IMG/VR virus record: IMGVR_UViG_3300033463_000084
Strand: one strand, 5' to 3'
Source: an uncultured virus (IMG/VR IMGVR_UViG_3300033463_000084)
Lineage: Duplodnaviria; Heunggongvirae; Uroviricota; Caudoviricetes
DNA: 64,000 bases
Within the stretch, counting starts at the first letter, position 1. The number at the start of each line of letters is the position of its first letter. The notes below the pieces were generated by a model. That model had not been told where the DNA came from and did not search any database. It saw only the letters and a list, made by a program, of their open reading frames with translations. Below are positions 46,146 through 55,692 of this stretch, in pieces. The position numbers and the translations under genes are program-made.

Positions 46146-46562
46146 ATGAAAGAGGCAAACAAAGTAGTAACGGTCGCTGACGTTGCAAAAACAATTAAAG
46201 GCGTTCAATCAGCCGAAAAACTTTCGGCTATGGTCTTTAAAAAGGCCGAAAATGAAATGAAAGAACTGTTAGTTGGCAAGTGCTTCATCTGCCAGTATGT
46301 TGATGGTGAGCTACTGGTTATCGACGCTGAAAGAAACAGCAAGCGCAGCTTTATCGGACGCAGATTCTCAATCGCCGATTATGAGATAATCGAGTTTTAC
46401 GAAACCACTTGGTTAGCTCCTGCAAAAATCAAATCGCTAACCATCATCAGCCGCGATGAGTTTGAACGCTTATACAAGGCCGCTCAAAACATTCGTAAAG
46501 ACTATTTGACCCAAAAGAACGAGCTGGCAAAAATTATCAATGACACTATTAACAACCAATAA
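46146..46562 (+). CDS. Hypothetical early protein
   Basis: In-operon ORF. Confidence 0.7.
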   Translation: MKEANKVVTVADVAKTIKGVQSAEKLSAMVFKKAENEMKELLVGKCFICQYVDGELLVIDAERNSKRSFIGRRFSIADYEIIEFYETTWLAPAKIKSLTIISRDEFERLYKAAQNIRKDYLTQKNELAKIINDTINNQ

Positions 46563-46574
46563 AAATTTTGAATT

Positions 46575-47096
46575 ATGACAAGTTGGGAATTTTTTGAGAA
46601 ATGGACAAAAGAGGTTGAGTTTTATAAAAACGACCAACCACTTAACGCAGACGGCCTTGCCATCGCCACGTTTACGATGGACAACAACCTTTTAAAATTT
46701 GTGGTTATGGCTGACGAGCAAATTGTTGATGTAGTTTTATGGATTTATGATTATGAAGAAGAAGATAGTTCGGATAAGGAGCTTGTAGATTTTGTCGATA
46801 TTATCAAAATCATCAAAAACATTATCAATTTAATCGAGCTATACGAACACCACGACCACAAGGCCGTAGATTTATACACTCCGCTTGATAGCGACAGCTT
46901 CATCTATTCGTCATTGAAGCAGGTTAATGAGGCCGTTGCGCGGCTCTCAATGCGACACGATTCTAACTACGTATCGTTTGAGCTGACACATCAATCGCTT
47001 TCTCTTTTTAAAAAGGAGCTGAAAATAAACTTAACCCACTTGCAGAAAGTATTGGTTGGGCTTGGTGCTAATGAATTGATTGACTGTAAATCATAA
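46575..47096 (+). CDS. Hypothetical acidic early protein
   Basis: In-operon ORF. Confidence 0.7.
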   Translation: MTSWEFFEKWTKEVEFYKNDQPLNADGLAIATFTMDNNLLKFVVMADEQIVDVVLWIYDYEEEDSSDKELVDFVDIIKIIKNIINLIELYEHHDHKAVDLYTPLDSDSFIYSSLKQVNEAVARLSMRHDSNYVSFELTHQSLSLFKKELKINLTHLQKVLVGLGANELIDCKS

Positions 47097-47100
47097 GGAT

Positions 47101-47280
47101 ATGGCAAAACACATAATTGCAGTGAGTGAAGCTCAAAAGGAAATTTTTGAAAAGTTGTGTTTTGAGCTGAATAACGCACCGATACAGCCCGGAGGAAAAA
47201 AGGTTATCACTTTTGATTGCACCCCATACACCGACACCCAATTAAAAGGGCTTATGAAACAAGTTTTTACAATTCAATGA
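47101..47280 (+). CDS. Hypothetical protein (start MAKHII)
   Basis: In-operon ORF. Confidence 0.55.
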   Translation: MAKHIIAVSEAQKEIFEKLCFELNNAPIQPGGKKVITFDCTPYTDTQLKGLMKQVFTIQ

Positions 47281-47290
47281 AGTTACCAAA

Positions 47291-47590
47291 ATGAGCGAAT
47301 CTATTAACAATCCGAAGCCGGTTGATACCAACAACACGGAGCCAACACCGGCACAATGCGTCGAGGCGTACCACTGGTATATGCAGCACGAATGGGACTT
47401 GCACGAATGTCGCTATCTATTTGGACGCGACGCGGAACACCTTTACCGGCTCTATGAGCAATACGAAACACAATGCACAACTACAAAATGGGGCGTTGAT
47501 GATTTGTTTTTTTCAATTCTCAAAGACGATGAGAAAGAGTGTTTGGTGAAGCAGGCAACCGCTTGCTGGTTACAACGGCAAAATGCGTAG
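47291..47590 (+). CDS. Hypothetical protein
   Basis: In-operon ORF. Confidence 0.65.
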   Translation: MSESINNPKPVDTNNTEPTPAQCVEAYHWYMQHEWDLHECRYLFGRDAEHLYRLYEQYETQCTTTKWGVDDLFFSILKDDEKECLVKQATACWLQRQNA

Positions 47591-47948
47591 AACTATGAGG
47601 AAAAACCTTTCATATAACGATGTTCCAGCTGTGTTGAGCGATATGCAAGCCGATTTGAAAGAGGTAAAATCTTTGCTCAAAGAGGTGCTTTCGGGTGCGG
47701 CGGCGGCTAAAGAGGATAGGCTTGTGTTCGGGTTGTTCAAACGCAATGAGATAGTTGCGATGTGCGACAAGCGGCTATGGAACGAACCAAGCTCACCTTT
47801 TAAAGACTACAAAGATGTTTACCGCGCAAAGGAAAACGGCTGCAAATTCAAACGGCCAGCCGGTGAACACCGATACTACATAAAGGCTTCCGTATTGGAA
47901 GATTGGTTTTGTGAATGGAACGGTCATACTGAAATACCAAAACTATAA
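47583..47948 (+). CDS. Excisionase-like DNA-binding protein
   Basis: N-terminal LSYNDVPAVLSDMQADLKEVKSLL resembles Bacteroidota Xis proteins; C-terminal RYYIKASVLEDW. Confidence 0.45.
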   Translation: MRRTMRKNLSYNDVPAVLSDMQADLKEVKSLLKEVLSGAAAAKEDRLVFGLFKRNEIVAMCDKRLWNEPSSPFKDYKDVYRAKENGCKFKRPAGEHRYYIKASVLEDWFCEWNGHTEIPKL

Positions 47949-47960
47949 AACTTAACAACT

Positions 47961-48209
47961 ATGGACGAAAAGGGACACGAACTGATATTGGGCGTTTTCA
48001 TTCCCAACTGCCCAATTTTATCAACTGACCCTCGGTTACTCACCGAAAATGGCGGTTGGTTTAAGAATCATCGTGCAGTGCTTACAGCGGCACAAAACAA
48101 AAATTATGGCTTTTTCAAAACTAAAGGAGTGAAGCAGCTGATGATTATGCCCGAAGATTTGGAACGCGCCCTTGTCGGCAAGAAAGCAAAGTTTGAACCA
48201 TTAAGATAA
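47961..48209 (+). CDS. Hypothetical protein, possibly related to 47583..47948
   Basis: LILGVF...GWFKNHRAV vs LVFGLF...SPFKDYKDV. Confidence 0.55.
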   Translation: MDEKGHELILGVFIPNCPILSTDPRLLTENGGWFKNHRAVLTAAQNKNYGFFKTKGVKQLMIMPEDLERALVGKKAKFEPLR

Positions 48210-48216
48210 TGAGATT

Positions 48217-48705
48217 ATGAGAAACAAGATGAATGAATCGGACTGCCTTTGCCCACGCTGCGGCGAGAGCTGGCACGGAATGACGCTGCAAAGTATCTTT
48301 TTTAAAACCAACAAAAAGGCTTTTCCAAACAAGACAACCGCCGAAATCAACGAGCTTGTAAAACAACAACTCAAAGAAAACGGCAAGAACGGCCAAGAAC
48401 ACGTTACGGCCTTGATTGGTGTTGGCGGTGTGTGGTGCTGTCCTAAATGCGGCCTATCGGTAGCTGAAAAAGATGTTTTCCGACTGGTTGACAATAAGGA
48501 GCGTCGCTTGCTGTCGTACTTGATTGGTGTGCAGATTAGGCTCAAAGCGTATTTTAGGCTGAAACACCACATTAACGAGTGGCTGGTGCGCCGTTATATG
48601 CTGCTTAACCAAAATCCAAGCAAACACCTTTGCAATATGCGTAAATGGGTGCTTTTCACTTTCATTTACTTGTTAGATAAGAATGTACGCAACCCTAAAG
48701 CCTAA
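48217..48705 (+). CDS. Zn-ribbon protein
   Basis: CPRCG and CPKCG pairs. Confidence 0.65.
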   Translation: MRNKMNESDCLCPRCGESWHGMTLQSIFFKTNKKAFPNKTTAEINELVKQQLKENGKNGQEHVTALIGVGGVWCCPKCGLSVAEKDVFRLVDNKERRLLSYLIGVQIRLKAYFRLKHHINEWLVRRYMLLNQNPSKHLCNMRKWVLFTFIYLLDKNVRNPKA

Positions 48706-48710
48706 TACCT

Positions 48711-48932
48711 ATGACTATTGCAGATTACATAAACAAGCCAGCCGCCATCTACAAGAATGAGCTTGCAAGAATTGTCGGCTATTCGCGCTGGCGCAATATC
48801 CAGCAGATTATCTCACGCAATAAAGAACTGGCTGATAAGCTGACACAACACGGCTATCAAAAAGCCTCAAAGTTTCTTACTCCGGCGCAGGGACTGATTA
48901 TTGCCACCTTTTTATACAACGGCCAAATCTAA
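48711..48932 (+). CDS. DUF4248-like small DNA-binding protein
   Basis: YKNELA...ISRNKELADKLTQHGYQKASKFLTPAQ. Confidence 0.6.
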   Translation: MTIADYINKPAAIYKNELARIVGYSRWRNIQQIISRNKELADKLTQHGYQKASKFLTPAQGLIIATFLYNGQI

Positions 48933-48938
48933 ACACCT

Positions 48939-49271
48939 ATGTACTTTGACAACTGCACAACGATTGATGAACTGAAAGCCGTCCGTAATGAGCTTTTGCG
49001 GCAATACCACCCCGACGCTAACGGAAACGTTGACAACGACGAGATACGCGAGATTAACGCCGAATACACAAAGCGTTCAGCTGAATTTGCACTGCAAGAA
49101 GAAGCAGAGCAAAACACCGATGCCGTCGCAATGTTTTTGAAAGGCGCAGTGGTTGCTGGTGTTGAAGCCCTTTACAAAAAACAGCCGAAAGTGGTTAAGA
49201 CCATCAATGATGTGTTGAGCAAAAGCGTTGGCGAGAATATCGCCGATTTAATCAACAATTTTAAAAAATAG
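48939..49271 (+). CDS. J-domain-like protein
   Basis: YFDNCTTIDELKAVRNELLRQYHPD...IREINAEY (HPD motif). Confidence 0.7.
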   Translation: MYFDNCTTIDELKAVRNELLRQYHPDANGNVDNDEIREINAEYTKRSAEFALQEEAEQNTDAVAMFLKGAVVAGVEALYKKQPKVVKTINDVLSKSVGENIADLINNFKK

Positions 49272-49273
49272 CT

Positions 49274-49513
49274 ATGAACCAAAATCAAAACAATAATGAG
49301 AAAGAAAACAAGTCGGCAGTTTCTAAACGTGCCGGGCTACGAGAGCGTTGTGGCGCACGTAGGCAACGCAGAGGTGAGCGTAACTGGCTCCAGCCAATAC
49401 GCAGTTTGCTTCGTTTCCTCCAAATCCAAATGTGGGCAAATATCATCATCGGCGCACTGACGCTGACAATGTGGATAATCTTCTTTATGCTGATTTTTAA
49501 ACAAGTATTATAA
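49274..49513 (+). CDS. Small membrane protein
   Basis: C-terminal hydrophobic helix. Confidence 0.55.
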   Translation: MNQNQNNNEKENKSAVSKRAGLRERCGARRQRRGERNWLQPIRSLLRFLQIQMWANIIIGALTLTMWIIFFMLIFKQVL

Positions 49514-49532
49514 ACCTAACAACTATAAAACT

Positions 49533-49787
49533 ATGGTAACACGCAAACTCACAAGAGAGCAAAGCGATAAAGGCAAAGCTATACGCGAATACCTTATCAA
49601 AGGCAACACACTGACACAATTAGAGGCTTCGCGCAGATTCGATGTCCTGCACCTTGCCGGTGTAATAAGCAAAATGCGGAAGAAAGGCTATCAATTTAAA
49701 GTGGATAAGATTGTAAAGCCCGACGGCTACACTTACGCACGATACCAGTTAATCAAATTACCAAACGATAAAAACAATAAACAATGA
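49533..49787 (+). CDS. Winged HTH protein
   Basis: IREYLIKGNTLTQLEASRRFDVLHLAGVISKMRKKGY...YARY. Confidence 0.75.
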   Translation: MVTRKLTREQSDKGKAIREYLIKGNTLTQLEASRRFDVLHLAGVISKMRKKGYQFKVDKIVKPDGYTYARYQLIKLPNDKNNKQ

Positions 49788-50002
49788 GAACAATAGAATC
49801 AAAAAGCTCGGCAATACGCCAGTGGCTGATGAGAGGCTTGCCGCTCACACAAAGAGAGTGTACGCGCAGATTTAAGTTTTTGCGACTGGCCGCTCTTATT
49901 CACGATATGAAGCGACACGGCGCTAATATCAAAGTTGATATGGTGAGAGAGCAACAAGGTAGCAGACCGTGTGCAAGATACTGGCTGATTCAAACAACCT
50001 AA
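49784..50002 (+). CDS. Winged HTH protein, tandem paralog of 49533..49787
   Basis: IRQWLMRGLPLTQRECTRRFKFLRLAALIHDMKRHG...CARY. Confidence 0.75.
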   Translation: MRTIESKSSAIRQWLMRGLPLTQRECTRRFKFLRLAALIHDMKRHGANIKVDMVREQQGSRPCARYWLIQTT

Positions 50003-50472
50003 CACCAATGTTAAACAACCAACGGTTAATTTTTGAAACAACCTAAAAACAACCAATGGTTGATTTTAAAAACAACCTAAAAACAACCAAAACGATTGAA
50101 AGGGTAATTAAAATGGCTCGCGAAAGTTTCATTTTCTATGCAAGTTTTTATGAGGGTATGAAATACCTCGACGAAGCTAACTATAATGCTGTAAGTAGGG
50201 CAGTTAATGAGTATGCGTTATATGGCAATGAGATTAAGCTGGAGGGTATAGCAAACGGTTTTTTTCAACTGATTAAACCACAACTCGACGCTAATATACG
50301 CCGCCGCGAAAACGGTATGAAAGGTGGTGCGCCGATGGGTAACAGCAACTCAAAAAAGAAAAGCGAAATGCCCGAACTTGATTTTGAAAACAACCCAAAA
50401 CAACCAATGGTTGATTCTAAAAACAACCAAAAACAACCAATGGTTGATTCTAAAAACAACCAAAAACAACCT
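50003..50472. repeat. Iteron-like repeats (about 33-bp period, core CAACCAATGGTTG), candidate replication origin
   Basis: AAAACAACCAATGGTTGATTYTAAAAACAACC units upstream of (about 50010-50092) and inside (about 50380-50472) the initiator gene. Confidence 0.75.
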
Positions 50473-50964
50473 AATGTAAATGTAAATGATAATGTAAATG
50501 TAAATGTAAATGATAATTTTTTGGAGAGTGAAAATTCTGCCGTCGCTGACGCGACTACCCAAACAAATAGAGTATCGGACGATGTTTTAGCCGATTCTAT
50601 TGAAAACTCGGCTTCGCCGAAAGAAAAAGAAAAAAGTTCCGCGAAAAAAGAAAAAGAACCTGCACCAGCCAAAAAACCGATTGAGGAACGCCATCTTGAT
50701 TTTTGGCAGGAAATCGAACAGCACAAAGACAAATACGACTGCGAAATGCTGCAAGCCTTTTACAATTATTGGGGCGAATACAATGAGGGGGGCAAAAAAA
50801 TGCGCTGGGAAATGCAGCCAACTTGGAATCTTGCTGGGCGACTGGCAACGTGGGCTAAAAGAGAAGCCTTTATAAACCGCCGCCCGACCTACACACAACC
50901 AGCACCGTCGGATATTAAAGCACCCGACTACTATCCGCAGCACGATGATTCTGACCAATTCTAA
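50113..50964 (+). CDS. Phage replication initiator, DUF6291-like (start corrected to MARESF)
   Basis: ESFIFYASFYE...ENGMKGGAP, internal iteron-coded repeats, NVNVNDNVNVN, C-terminal AFYNYW..MRWE..TW..RLATW. Confidence 0.75.
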   Translation: MARESFIFYASFYEGMKYLDEANYNAVSRAVNEYALYGNEIKLEGIANGFFQLIKPQLDANIRRRENGMKGGAPMGNSNSKKKSEMPELDFENNPKQPMVDSKNNQKQPMVDSKNNQKQPNVNVNDNVNVNVNDNFLESENSAVADATTQTNRVSDDVLADSIENSASPKEKEKSSAKKEKEPAPAKKPIEERHLDFWQEIEQHKDKYDCEMLQAFYNYWGEYNEGGKKMRWEMQPTWNLAGRLATWAKREAFINRRPTYTQPAPSDIKAPDYYPQHDDSDQF

Positions 50965-50983
50965 CACTTAAACGCATAATGCT

Positions 50984-51238
50984 ATGACCACACCAAACAC
51001 ACAACAACAACTGTTCAACCCCGATGATTTTATCTACGAGCGCATAAAAGAACAAATGTTTGGCAAAACGTGCCGCACTTGCGCCCATCGGTATTTGAAC
51101 CCCGAAACACTGAAACGCAGCTATGTATGCGACGCCATCACCAATGGCCGCACAACCGCTAAACGGTTGAGAGTGCGGAGTGAGCAACCGGCTTGCATAC
51201 GTTATGAGCCGCAAGTAACTAAAAACCAAAACGCTTAA
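50984..51238 (+). CDS. Small Cys-rich (Zn-binding) protein
   Basis: CRTCAH...C...AC. Confidence 0.65.
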   Translation: MTTPNTQQQLFNPDDFIYERIKEQMFGKTCRTCAHRYLNPETLKRSYVCDAITNGRTTAKRLRVRSEQPACIRYEPQVTKNQNA

Positions 51239-51242
51239 AGCT

Positions 51243-51560
51243 ATGAACGTTAACCCAATAATTGTTAAGGCGCAGAAGATTGCCGAACTCGATGAGCTTA
51301 CGCTTGGCAAGACCCAATTCTATGCTGGCAACCTATGCCTTTCGGAACGCGAATCTTCCATCATACGCGAGGCGTTTAAGGTAGAAGCCGACCGCTTGCG
51401 TAAGGAGCTGGAGGCCGAAATTAAGCCCGAAACCAAAGCCAAACCGTGCGACACCGATTGCTGTCTTGATTGCGGCAACTACAACGACCCTAACTGCTGT
51501 ATGTTCTGCCGTATGCACACTGGCAAAGGCAAGTGCTATTTCACCGAAGATAAAGACTGA
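51243..51560 (+). CDS. Hypothetical protein with Cys-rich C-terminus
   Basis: CDTDCCLDC...CCMFC. Confidence 0.65.
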   Translation: MNVNPIIVKAQKIAELDELTLGKTQFYAGNLCLSERESSIIREAFKVEADRLRKELEAEIKPETKAKPCDTDCCLDCGNYNDPNCCMFCRMHTGKGKCYFTEDKD

Positions 51561-51586
51561 TTTCAAACATTTTAAACTATAAGAAA

Positions 51587-51877
51587 ATGAACACTAAAAA
51601 GAATTTTGGCGAGGCTTTAGAAGCTCTCAAACAAGGAAAGAAAGTAACCCGCGAGGGTTGGAACGGCAAAGGTATGTTCTTGTGGCTCAAACCGCAGACA
51701 ACCGTCAAATCGGAGTTTTGCAAAGACCCGATTCTTAAATCAATAGCTGACGCTAACGGTGGTGAGATTACGGCTCTCGGAACCGTATGTATGAAAACCG
51801 CCGACAACAAGGTGCTGACCGGCTGGCTGGCCTCACAAACCGATATGCTTTCAAACGACTGGATAATACTCGGCTGA
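51587..51877 (+). CDS. DUF2829 / Tad2-like anti-defence protein
   Basis: NFGEALEALKQGKKVTREGWNGKGMF...GWLASQTDMLSNDW. Confidence 0.8.
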   Translation: MNTKKNFGEALEALKQGKKVTREGWNGKGMFLWLKPQTTVKSEFCKDPILKSIADANGGEITALGTVCMKTADNKVLTGWLASQTDMLSNDWIILG

Positions 51878-51878
51878 T

Positions 51879-52196
51879 ATGTTCAAACGATTGGCAAACT
51901 GGTTATTAAGGCACAGCCACAACAGCGGACAGTCATACGTTAGACGGACTGACCCGTATGGCAATATGAGAGAGGTGAGCTTAACTCCCGAAGAAGCTAT
52001 TGTTATTGAGGCGATTATGAACAAAAAGGCTGGCTACTTTATGATTGTCCGTTGTGCTGGAAAGCCGATAACACTTGTCAACGATATGGATTTCGACACG
52101 CTGTTGGGCGAATTGCGAGAGCTTGCCAATGACTGCCCGACATTCAAAGATGAACTCACGAATCTTGTTATTGACCTTAACCAACCAAAGCAATGA
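51879..52196 (+). CDS. Hypothetical protein
   Basis: In-operon ORF. Confidence 0.65.
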   Translation: MFKRLANWLLRHSHNSGQSYVRRTDPYGNMREVSLTPEEAIVIEAIMNKKAGYFMIVRCAGKPITLVNDMDFDTLLGELRELANDCPTFKDELTNLVIDLNQPKQ

Positions 52197-52660
52197 GCGC
52201 CAAACAAAAACACGCAACCGCATTGTGCAAGGCGAGAACCGCAAAGCTGACCAAAAGAGCCGAGCGCGAAGCCGAAAAAGCACAAAAAAAAGCCGAGCTG
52301 GAGCAACTGAAAGCCACCGTAAAAGCCGAGCGAGAGGCCGCGATGGAAATTGAGAAAGCCAAGCGCAAGGCCGAGCGAGAAGCCATAAAAGCCGCCCTCG
52401 CTTTAGAGGCCGCGCAGGAAGCCGCCAAGAAGAAAGAGCCTACACCGCTGGAGCGTTGGCAACAAGAGTGCAACGATATTCTTGACGAGCTGCAAGGCTG
52501 TCCGAAAAACGCCACCGAGCTAATGCGCCGTTACAGCGAGTTGCAGTATCGAATCGAAACGGAGCAGAATATGAAAGACCCACATTTTGCCGATGGTCGC
52601 ACACGCGCCAGCCGCGAGTTGAAAGTGGCATACAGCCGCCCAAGCGGATTGAGTAAATAA
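52193..52660 (+). CDS. Coiled-coil protein
   Basis: E/K/A-rich heptads. Confidence 0.7.
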   Translation: MSAKQKHATALCKARTAKLTKRAEREAEKAQKKAELEQLKATVKAEREAAMEIEKAKRKAEREAIKAALALEAAQEAAKKKEPTPLERWQQECNDILDELQGCPKNATELMRRYSELQYRIETEQNMKDPHFADGRTRASRELKVAYSRPSGLSK

Positions 52661-52680
52661 CACTAAAAAAAACACTTGAA

Positions 52681-53487
52681 ATGGAAAAGAAAGTTATCAT
52701 CGAGCCGACAGCCTACCAGCAACCGGCTCACCAAACCGAGCCGACCGCAAAGCAAATGGCAAAGGAAACAACGTTCTCCATCGGGCAGATAATGCAGCGC
52801 GAACCGTCGGCAACCCGAAACGCGCCAGTGCCGGTCAAGGCCGAGATACGCCGCAAGCTGCTACAAATCGGCTACGACGAGGCGCACCTTTACGACGCGC
52901 TGCTAATCAAGTATCGCAACATTATGGCCGAGCGTTGGGGCGACGCTTTCAGCATAAGCCCAAACGTAAGCCGAACAATCAATGTTGTGGCGCGTTGGTT
53001 CACCAGCGAGGCGGCAATCAAACCAAACTTGTTTATCACCGGCACGGTCGGCACTGGCAAAACAACCCTTGCGCGGACAATAGCAGGAACAATAGGCATA
53101 ATCAGCGGAAACCAGCTGCAAGCCTTTAGAATCGGCAGCAGCTACGTTGCAGCCACCCAGCTGCGCGACTTTCACGCCGACGGCAGACTGGCCGAGTTCA
53201 AATACCGCGACCTTATGGTTTTAGACGATATAGGCAGCGAGGAAATGGCCATTGTGAAAGACTACGGCAACGACATCAACCTATTCGCTGACATCATATT
53301 CACGCGCTACGACCGTGCCTTGCCAACCGTCATAACCAGCAACCTTTCGATGGCCGACCTTGCCGCCCGATACGGCACAACCGAGGCTGGCCGCGACCGT
53401 CTTGCCGACCGCTTGCGCGAAACGTGCTATCTGCTGGCGATGAACGAGGCTTTCCGCACCGACAATGCAAAAATCAAAATGGTATAA
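52681..53487 (+). CDS. DnaC/IstB-like AAA+ helicase loader
   Basis: GTVGTGKTT, MVLDDIGSE, RYDRALPTVITSNL, RLADRLRE. Confidence 0.85.
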   Translation: MEKKVIIEPTAYQQPAHQTEPTAKQMAKETTFSIGQIMQREPSATRNAPVPVKAEIRRKLLQIGYDEAHLYDALLIKYRNIMAERWGDAFSISPNVSRTINVVARWFTSEAAIKPNLFITGTVGTGKTTLARTIAGTIGIISGNQLQAFRIGSSYVAATQLRDFHADGRLAEFKYRDLMVLDDIGSEEMAIVKDYGNDINLFADIIFTRYDRALPTVITSNLSMADLAARYGTTEAGRDRLADRLRETCYLLAMNEAFRTDNAKIKMV

Positions 53488-53506
53488 CATCTTAACACAC
53501 AAGACA

Positions 53507-54154
53507 ATGAACACTATTATCGACACACTTAAACTCTTTTCCGACCCCGACGCTCTGCACCCGTTTGAGCGGAAACCGTTTCTCTACAAGATGAGCGACG
53601 GCAAGATGGCCGCTGTCGCTACTGACGGCCACCGGCTCTGCCTATTCAACTCCAACCAGTTGTTCAATTCCAACCGGCCAGTGGTAACGCTTGACGAATT
53701 GACCGAGCCGAATGTTGAGAGCGTTATAATAACCAACACGCTTTTGCGCGGCACAATTTCAGTCAGCAAACTGCAAAAGGCTATTGCCAAAGTGCCAATC
53801 ATTTCAACCGAAAAGTGCTGCGACTGCCACGGCACCGGCTACGTTGACTATGTTTTTGAGGCACACGACGGCGAACACTATTGGGAAAAGCTCCAATGCC
53901 CGGTATGCGGCGGTTCGGGCTTTGTCGGGGTAGAGGACGGCGAGGAAGATTTTGATTACACCTACTGCATAAGAATCGACGGCTCCAATTTCCTGCCCAA
54001 ACACTTGAAGCCGATAGCCGACGCGCTTACGGCAATGCAGATTGACGTGCTGCCATTCATACACGCCCGCCACCGCATACAACTGCAAAACGAGCAATTC
54101 ATTATGCTGGTTATGGAGTGTATGCTTGATTTTGAACACACTATTGATTACTAA
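53507..54154 (+). CDS. Phage protein with DnaJ-type Zn finger in a clamp-like fold (start corrected)
   Basis: AVATDGHRL; CCDCHGTG and CPVCGGSG. Confidence 0.65.
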   Translation: MNTIIDTLKLFSDPDALHPFERKPFLYKMSDGKMAAVATDGHRLCLFNSNQLFNSNRPVVTLDELTEPNVESVIITNTLLRGTISVSKLQKAIAKVPIISTEKCCDCHGTGYVDYVFEAHDGEHYWEKLQCPVCGGSGFVGVEDGEEDFDYTYCIRIDGSNFLPKHLKPIADALTAMQIDVLPFIHARHRIQLQNEQFIMLVMECMLDFEHTIDY

Positions 54155-54173
54155 CACTTTAAAACTTAAAACA

Positions 54174-54464
54174 ATGAACGTTACAACAAAATTCGATGTA
54201 GGCAATAAAGCCTTAATGATTTGGAACAACCAACTGCAAGAGGTTATTATCAGTGGGGTTAAAATCCTACGCACCGGCTACAAGGAGTGGAACACCGAAG
54301 AGCCACAATCGGCTGACGATTTTCATTACAAGGACATTGACAACCAAATCACCTATGCGGTGTCGTTTTACGACTGCGACGAGGGCGATATGAGCGACAT
54401 TGAGGCGTGGATTGACCAAAACAAACTTTTCCGCACAAAACAAGAACTTATTGATTCACTTTAA
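54174..54464 (+). CDS. Hypothetical phage protein (start MNVTTKFDVG)
   Basis: TKFDVG...KLFRTKQELIDSL, a common Bacteroidota phage pattern. Confidence 0.7.
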   Translation: MNVTTKFDVGNKALMIWNNQLQEVIISGVKILRTGYKEWNTEEPQSADDFHYKDIDNQITYAVSFYDCDEGDMSDIEAWIDQNKLFRTKQELIDSL

Positions 54465-54478
54465 AACAAAAAAAAACT

Positions 54479-54640
54479 ATGAAAATTAAATTTGAGTTAG
54501 GAACGAGCCGTTATCCGAACACGCCCAAGAAAGACTGTGTGTTTCATCTTCTGCCAACCGTTGTGTTTACCCGAATCGACGGCGATGTAAGAGTGTGGGT
54601 CAGCTGGCTATGCTTCTACGCAGGAATATCTATTTACTGA
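54479..54640 (+). CDS. 53-aa protein absent from the ORF track
   Basis: Own translation MKIKFELGTSRY...WLCFYAGISIY. Confidence 0.5.
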   Translation: MKIKFELGTSRYPNTPKKDCVFHLLPTVVFTRIDGDVRVWVSWLCFYAGISIY

Positions 54641-54656
54641 TAAGGCTGATAAAGTA

Positions 54657-54866
54657 ATGAGAGCGCGAGGCTTACATTGGGAAAAAATAAGCTGTAAAGA
54701 GGCAAGATTGGCAGCTCTCAATGATATGCGCGATTATTACCACAACATTGGCAAATCGTTGATTTATGGAGAGTTCAATAACTACAACCCAAATATGCAA
54801 AGAGTAAAAGAGATTCTTGATACTGCCGATAAGATTGCCGACGATTACAAACACTATAAAAATTAA
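54657..54866 (+). CDS. Hypothetical protein
   Basis: In-operon ORF. Confidence 0.55.
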   Translation: MRARGLHWEKISCKEARLAALNDMRDYYHNIGKSLIYGEFNNYNPNMQRVKEILDTADKIADDYKHYKN

Positions 54867-54870
54867 CACT

Positions 54871-55455
54871 ATGAAGCGTTTAGTTACACCAAAAGAACGA
54901 CAAGCATATAGCGAGGCGCTGGAGTTTATCGAGGCGTTTGTTGACTACTACTTTGATGATGAGCCGGTTGAACCCGGTGAAGAAACCGACGCGCAACGGC
55001 TTGCCAAGATTTTACCAACATTGAAAGGTTTGTTTGGCAACCAGCAAAAGCGGCTGAATCGGGTGATTGCCGAAGAACGAGAAAAGGCAAGAGCCGAATC
55101 TTGCCAGCAAAACGAAACCGAGTTGAAAGATAAAATCTATATGGCGGTTAAAGACGCAAGAGAATCAGTCAACCCCAACTACAAGTATTGCGTCTGCGAC
55201 GGCGACATATACGAGTGCTGGCTGACTGACGATATTGGCGCGGCTATGCAAAAGGCTCACACGCTGGCCGTCAGCAAACACCGTATTCACCACGTACTGA
55301 AGATTTTTAAAGCGAAAGACGGTTCATACGAGACCACTATCGAATGTTGCTATTACGACGATGGAAGCTGTATCGACCGTAGCGATATACACGTTTTCCT
55401 GCACTTTGATTTTATCGCTCAAAAAGTTGGCGATGAGAACATACACAAGATTTGA
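54871..55455 (+). CDS. Hypothetical protein (start MKRLVTPK)
   Basis: In-operon ORF. Confidence 0.7.
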   Translation: MKRLVTPKERQAYSEALEFIEAFVDYYFDDEPVEPGEETDAQRLAKILPTLKGLFGNQQKRLNRVIAEEREKARAESCQQNETELKDKIYMAVKDARESVNPNYKYCVCDGDIYECWLTDDIGAAMQKAHTLAVSKHRIHHVLKIFKAKDGSYETTIECCYYDDGSCIDRSDIHVFLHFDFIAQKVGDENIHKI

Positions 55456-55479
55456 TAACACTTTAAAACACAAAACACT

Positions 55480-55692
55480 ATGGCACAAGAAATTGACACT
55501 TGGAGCGACGAGGGTAAACTTATCTGCCCTTTCTGCGGCTACGCTGATGAGATAGACCACACTGAATATTTTGGCAACTGCGATTTGGAGTTTGACGATA
55601 TGGAATGGGATTGTCCACACTGCGGCGAAACCTACCTTGTAAGCCAGCGCGTTTCCTTTACACACGAAACTTACAAACCCGATAAGATATGA
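55480..55692 (+). CDS. Small Zn-ribbon protein
   Basis: CPFCG and CPHCG. Confidence 0.75.
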   Translation: MAQEIDTWSDEGKLICPFCGYADEIDHTEYFGNCDLEFDDMEWDCPHCGETYLVSQRVSFTHETYKPDKI

